Shown piece by piece: positions 29,034-32,318 of a stretch of 32,318 bases of DNA. The stretch's first letter is position 1; every line of letters begins with the position of its first letter. Location: the NCBI GenBank assembly GCA_052390515.1, contig JBQTGV010000148.1:1-32318 (forward strand). Reading direction: 5' to 3'. Under the pieces are notes generated by a model. That model did not search any database. It saw only the letters and a program-made list of their open reading frames with translations, and was not told the DNA's origin. This stretch comes from Candidatus Eiseniibacteriota bacterium. Lineage in GTDB: Bacteria > ARS69. The position numbers were made by a program, and so were the translations under genes.

Positions 29034-29882
29034 TCAACCGAGGGCGATTACGCTTCCTTCCTGCGCGACGCCCATGCCGAGCGCCTCGATCGCCTGCCGC
29101 TCCCGCGAGAAGGGGTCCAGCGCCGGGTTCGTGTGATTCAGGTGGGTGAAGAGCACCTTCGTGCTGAGCCGGGAGACGGCGCTCATGGTGTCCGCGATGG
29201 CCGGGTGGGGGACGAGGTTCGCGTCGTCGCGGCGGAGCTCCCGGCGGCGGAAGAACGTCCCGTCCACCAGCGCGACGTCCGCGGCGCGGATCTGCGCGAG
29301 CACGTCGGGTACGATGGAGTCGAGGTCGGGAGCGTAGAAGAGCGAGCGCTCGGGACCCTCGATGCGGTACGCTACGGTGTCGCCGGCCTCGTTGCGGTGC
29401 GGCACGAGCACCGGCTGGATCACGAGGTCGTCCAGCGACGCGTCCCAGCCGAGATGGAGGACGCGGGGCACGAGATGACCTTCGCCGAACAGCCGGGCGA
29501 AGGGATCGTTCTTCTCGAGAAAGCCGAGGCACGCCTCCGTGGCCCACACCGGCGTCGCCGTGTGCGCCCACCCTTCGCGGCCGAGCAGCAGGAGGCCGAG
29601 GACGTGGCCCGCATGCAGGTGCGTCAGCAGGATCGCGCGGGGGCGCTCGTTCGCGGGGCGTCCGGCGATTCGCGCGAGGTCCCGGGCCTGCGCGGAGAGG
29701 TCCGGCGTGGCGTCGATCAGCGCCACCCCCTGGGACGTGGCGAGGCCGAGGCACGCCACGCGTCGGGCGCGGGCCGGTTCCTTCACCGCGGCGAGGCAGG
29801 CCTCGCACGCGCACCCGACGTGGGGATACCCTCCGTCCTGGACGGTGCCCAGCACGACGGCGAAGGGCGGTTTCGGAAGCAA
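29034..29882 (-). CDS. PqqB/PhnP-like metallo-beta-lactamase-fold hydrolase
   Basis: LGTVQDGGYPHVGCACEAC, DATPD, LTHLHAGH, VPHRNE, DGTFF, HP, HLNHTN. TTG start after GGAG/GAGG. Confidence 0.85.
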   Translation of the reverse strand: MLPKPPFAVVLGTVQDGGYPHVGCACEACLAAVKEPARARRVACLGLATSQGVALIDATPDLSAQARDLARIAGRPANERPRAILLTHLHAGHVLGLLLLGREGWAHTATPVWATEACLGFLEKNDPFARLFGEGHLVPRVLHLGWDASLDDLVIQPVLVPHRNEAGDTVAYRIEGPERSLFYAPDLDSIVPDVLAQIRAADVALVDGTFFRRRELRRDDANLVPHPAIADTMSAVSRLSTKVLFTHLNHTNPALDPFSRERQAIEALGMGVAQEGSVIALG

Positions 29883-29961
29883 CCTCGCTCCCTCGAGAAG
29901 AGGCAGCGAAGTGTGCGACAGGACGACTTCGCGGGCAAGGCGGGAGCGAGGGAGCCGATTC

Positions 29962-30552
29962 GTGTACGTCGGTGAGGATGCGGTGCGTGAGGCCGAGCGA
30001 CGATTCGGGCTTCCCGCCGAGGCCACGTTCCACGTGGACACGCCCGCCGCGGAGATCGCCTTCATCCGCCGCACGCAAAAGCACGGGCGTGCGCACGACG
30101 TGACGATCCTGATCCGGGACGGTGCACGCATCGCCGCCATCGCCAAGCATCACTACCCGCCGGGGATCTTCCGGCTGCCGAGCGGGGCGATCGATCCGGG
30201 CGAGTCGATCGAGGACGGCGCGCGGCGCGAGGCGTGCGAGGAGACCGGCCTCGACGTCACCCTGACGCGATACCTGCTTCGTTCCCGCGTGCGCTTCGCG
30301 GCGCCGGAGCCTGCCGACTCGATCGACTGGACGACGCACGTGCTGGAAGCCCGGGCGACGGGCGGCGCGCTCGGGCCGCTCGACTTGGTGGAGATCCGCG
30401 AGGCGGCCTGGGTCACCCGCGAGGATCTGCTCGGGCCGATCCGGGACCGCCTCGTGGCGTGGAAGGAGGGTGGCATCCAGTACCGCTGGCAGCTGCATGA
30501 CGCGATCTTCGCCGAGGTGGATCGCCGCGGGGGGGCGGACACGCGCGGCTGA
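29962..30552 (+). CDS. Nudix hydrolase
   Basis: Nudix box GAIDPGESIEDGARREACEETGL; GTG start 7 nt after GGAG. Confidence 0.88.
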   Translation: MYVGEDAVREAERRFGLPAEATFHVDTPAAEIAFIRRTQKHGRAHDVTILIRDGARIAAIAKHHYPPGIFRLPSGAIDPGESIEDGARREACEETGLDVTLTRYLLRSRVRFAAPEPADSIDWTTHVLEARATGGALGPLDLVEIREAAWVTREDLLGPIRDRLVAWKEGGIQYRWQLHDAIFAEVDRRGGADTRG

Positions 30553-30567
30553 GTCGAGCGACCGGAG

Positions 30568-31203
30568 TCAGCCCTCGCCCGCGAGCCAGCGGTTGGTGGC
30601 GCGCAGCAAGCGGATCCCGCTCTCGCCCTGCAGCCCGCGGATGGCGGCCACGCCGGCGGCGCCCGCGTCCAGACACGCGGCGAAGCTCGCCTCGGTGATC
30701 CCGCCGAGCGCGTAGACCGGGGCGGGAGCGCCGCCCGCGAGCGCGGCGAACCCGTGCAGACCGAGCGGCCGGGCGGCGGGCTTCGAGCGAGTCGCGTGCA
30801 CGGGGGAGAGCAGGATCCAGTCGGCGCCGCCCGCGGCGGCCACTTCGCCCGCGTCGTGACAGCTTCGCCCCGCGCCGGTGATCGCGGGAAGCGCCGCCCT
30901 TACGGTGCGCAGCGATCGTCCCGCCGCCGGGAGGTGCAGGCCGTCGGCGCCGAGCGCGACGGCGGCGCGGACGCTGCCGTTCACCACGAAGAGGCATGCG
31001 GCGCGCGCCGCGGCCTCGCGGAGCGGCTCGCCGCTCCGGATCAGCTCCTCGGCGCTTCGCCCCTTGCCGCGGAGCTGGAGGGAGGGGAGGCCCTCGTCGA
31101 ACAGGGGCCGGGCGGCGGCGAGCACGGCGGTGCCGTCGCCGAACGCGTCCAGGTCGGCGATCCAGTGGACGATTCCGAGCGGACGCGGCGTGTGGCGACG
31201 CAT
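30568..31203 (-). CDS. thiE: Thiamine-phosphate synthase/TenI family protein
   Basis: [43 protein letters not shown]; adjacent to thiG. Confidence 0.75.
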   Translation of the reverse strand: MRRHTPRPLGIVHWIADLDAFGDGTAVLAAARPLFDEGLPSLQLRGKGRSAEELIRSGEPLREAAARAACLFVVNGSVRAAVALGADGLHLPAAGRSLRTVRAALPAITGAGRSCHDAGEVAAAGGADWILLSPVHATRSKPAARPLGLHGFAALAGGAPAPVYALGGITEASFAACLDAGAAGVAAIRGLQGESGIRLLRATNRWLAGEG

Positions 31204-31245
31204 GGGCCCTCCCGCGGCAGAATACACGAGCGCGAGTCGCCCGGA

Positions 31246-31274
31246 TTGACTCGCCGCCGGGGCGCGTCTACCTT
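31246..31274 (+). promoter_or_regulatory. Putative sigma70 promoter for thiGH
   Basis: TTGACT-N17-TACCTT, 33 nt before the thiG ATG. Confidence 0.6.
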
Positions 31275-31307
31275 GGAACGTCCTCGTTCCAGGTTTCGGA
31301 GAGATCC

Positions 31308-32081
31308 ATGTCGGATTCGCTCGTCATCGCCGGACGGCGCTTCGGCTCGCGCCTGCTGCTCGGCACCGGCAAGTTCGAATCGCCGGGAACGATGGCTCGC
31401 GCGCTGGAGGCTTCGGGCACGGAGATCGTGACCGTGGCTCTGCGACGCGTGGATCTGGACTCGCCCGAGTCCAACCTGCTCGAGTTCATCGACCGCAAGC
31501 GCTACCTGCTGCTGCCGAACACGTCCGGGGCCGAGACCGCCGAGGAAGCCGTGCGCCTCGCCCGGCTGGCGCGCGCGGGGGGCCTCTCCGACTGGATCAA
31601 GCTCGAGGTCACTCCCGATCCGAAGTGGCTCCTGCCGGATCCGGTGGAGACGCTGCGCGCCGCGGAGATGCTGGTGGAGGAGGGATTCCGCGTGCTGCCC
31701 TACATCGGCGCGGACCCGGTTCTGGCGAAGCGGCTCGAGGACGTCGGCGTCTCGACGGTGATGCCGCTCGGCTCGCCGATCGGCTCGAACCGGGGGCTGC
31801 GGACGCGGGACGCGGTGGCGATCATCGTCGAGCAGGCCACCGTTCCGGTGGTCGTCGACGCCGGCCTCGGCGCGCCCTCGCACGCCGCGGAGGCGATGGA
31901 GCTGGGCGCGGACGCGGTCCTGGTGAACACGGCGATCGCCGTCGCGCGGGATCCGGTGGAGATGGCGCACGCCTTCCGCCTCGGCGTGGAAGCGGGCCGC
32001 AGGGCCTGGCTCGCCGGCGCCGCGGCGGAGCGCGAGGCCGCGGAGGCGTCGAGCCCGCTCACCGGGTTCCTCGGGGATTGA
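31308..32081 (+). CDS. thiG: Thiazole synthase
   Basis: [57 protein letters not shown]. Confidence 0.97.
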   Translation: MSDSLVIAGRRFGSRLLLGTGKFESPGTMARALEASGTEIVTVALRRVDLDSPESNLLEFIDRKRYLLLPNTSGAETAEEAVRLARLARAGGLSDWIKLEVTPDPKWLLPDPVETLRAAEMLVEEGFRVLPYIGADPVLAKRLEDVGVSTVMPLGSPIGSNRGLRTRDAVAIIVEQATVPVVVDAGLGAPSHAAEAMELGADAVLVNTAIAVARDPVEMAHAFRLGVEAGRRAWLAGAAAEREAAEASSPLTGFLGD

Positions 32082-32082
32082 C

Positions 32083-32318
32083 GTGAGCTTCCGGGAGCAC
32101 CTCGCCGCAGCGCCCGTCGGGGAGCTCCTCGAGACGGCGCACGGTGCTTCGCCCCGGGACGTGGAGCGCGCGCTGAGCATGGATGCGCCCGACCCCCGGA
32201 GCTTCGCCGCGCTGCTCTCTCCCGCGGCGGATTCCCACCTCGAGGAGCTGGCCCGCCGCGCCCGCGACGTGACCCTGCGCCGCTTCGGCCGCACCGTCCA
32301 GCTCTACGCGCCGCTGTA
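32083..32318 (+). CDS. thiH: 2-iminoacetate synthase ThiH, N-terminal part (runs off the window)
   Basis: Manual translation MSFREHL...DVERAL...FAALLSPAADSHLEELARRARDVTLRRFGRTVQLYAPL matches the ThiH N-terminus; starts 1 nt after thiG. Confidence 0.88.
   Translation, partial: MSFREHLAAAPVGELLETAHGASPRDVERALSMDAPDPRSFAALLSPAADSHLEELARRARDVTLRRFGRTVQLYAPL

Noticed and set aside
29034-29882. PQQ biosynthesis locus
   Set aside because: No pqqA-like E-x-x-x-Y peptide and no pqqC/D/E nearby.
27632-30146. Long N-terminal extensions on NAD kinase (to 28930) and the PqqB-like protein (to 30146)
   Set aside because: They overlap opposite-strand genes (beta-barrel, Nudix); internal starts with promoter or RBS support fit better.
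31204-31307. TPP riboswitch upstream of the thi genes
   Set aside because: No CTGAGA core on either strand and not enough room.

Overview
Gene-dense, uniformly GC-rich bacterial chromosomal segment with about 30 CDSs. I saw no rRNA, tRNA, CRISPR array, integrase or transposase. In order: a GldA/GldF-like ABC-2 exporter (partial); a tightly packed cluster of a MoaD/ThiS-like ubiquitin-fold protein, an Asp-box beta-propeller, a YyaL/SPATA20 protein, an M1 aminopeptidase and an M28-PDZ peptidase; a Ser/Thr kinase with N-terminal membrane anchors; an NCS1 transporter; a minus-strand envelope cluster (DUF2461-like protein, SGNH, a 41-aa membrane microprotein missing from the ORF track, SGNH-TPR, glycoside-hydrolase-like lipoprotein, small membrane protein); GNAT; MATE; a secreted HEXXH protein with an FlgD/T9SS-like C-terminal domain; RNase R; an M3/M2-like peptidase; an exported hypothetical; a glutamate dehydrogenase with an antenna-like insert; an IlvE-like aminotransferase; NAD kinase; an outer-membrane beta-barrel; an orphan PqqB-like hydrolase; a Nudix hydrolase; a ThiE/TenI-like protein; thiG; and thiH (partial). 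The lipoproteins, beta-barrel and FlgD-type domain suggest a diderm high-GC organism, possibly from an FCB-related candidate lineage (inference). The best candidates for undescribed systems are the SGNH-microprotein-SGNH/TPR module and the ubiquitin-like protein/beta-propeller pair linked to YyaL and peptidases. All family calls come from motif recognition by eye; no database searches were run.
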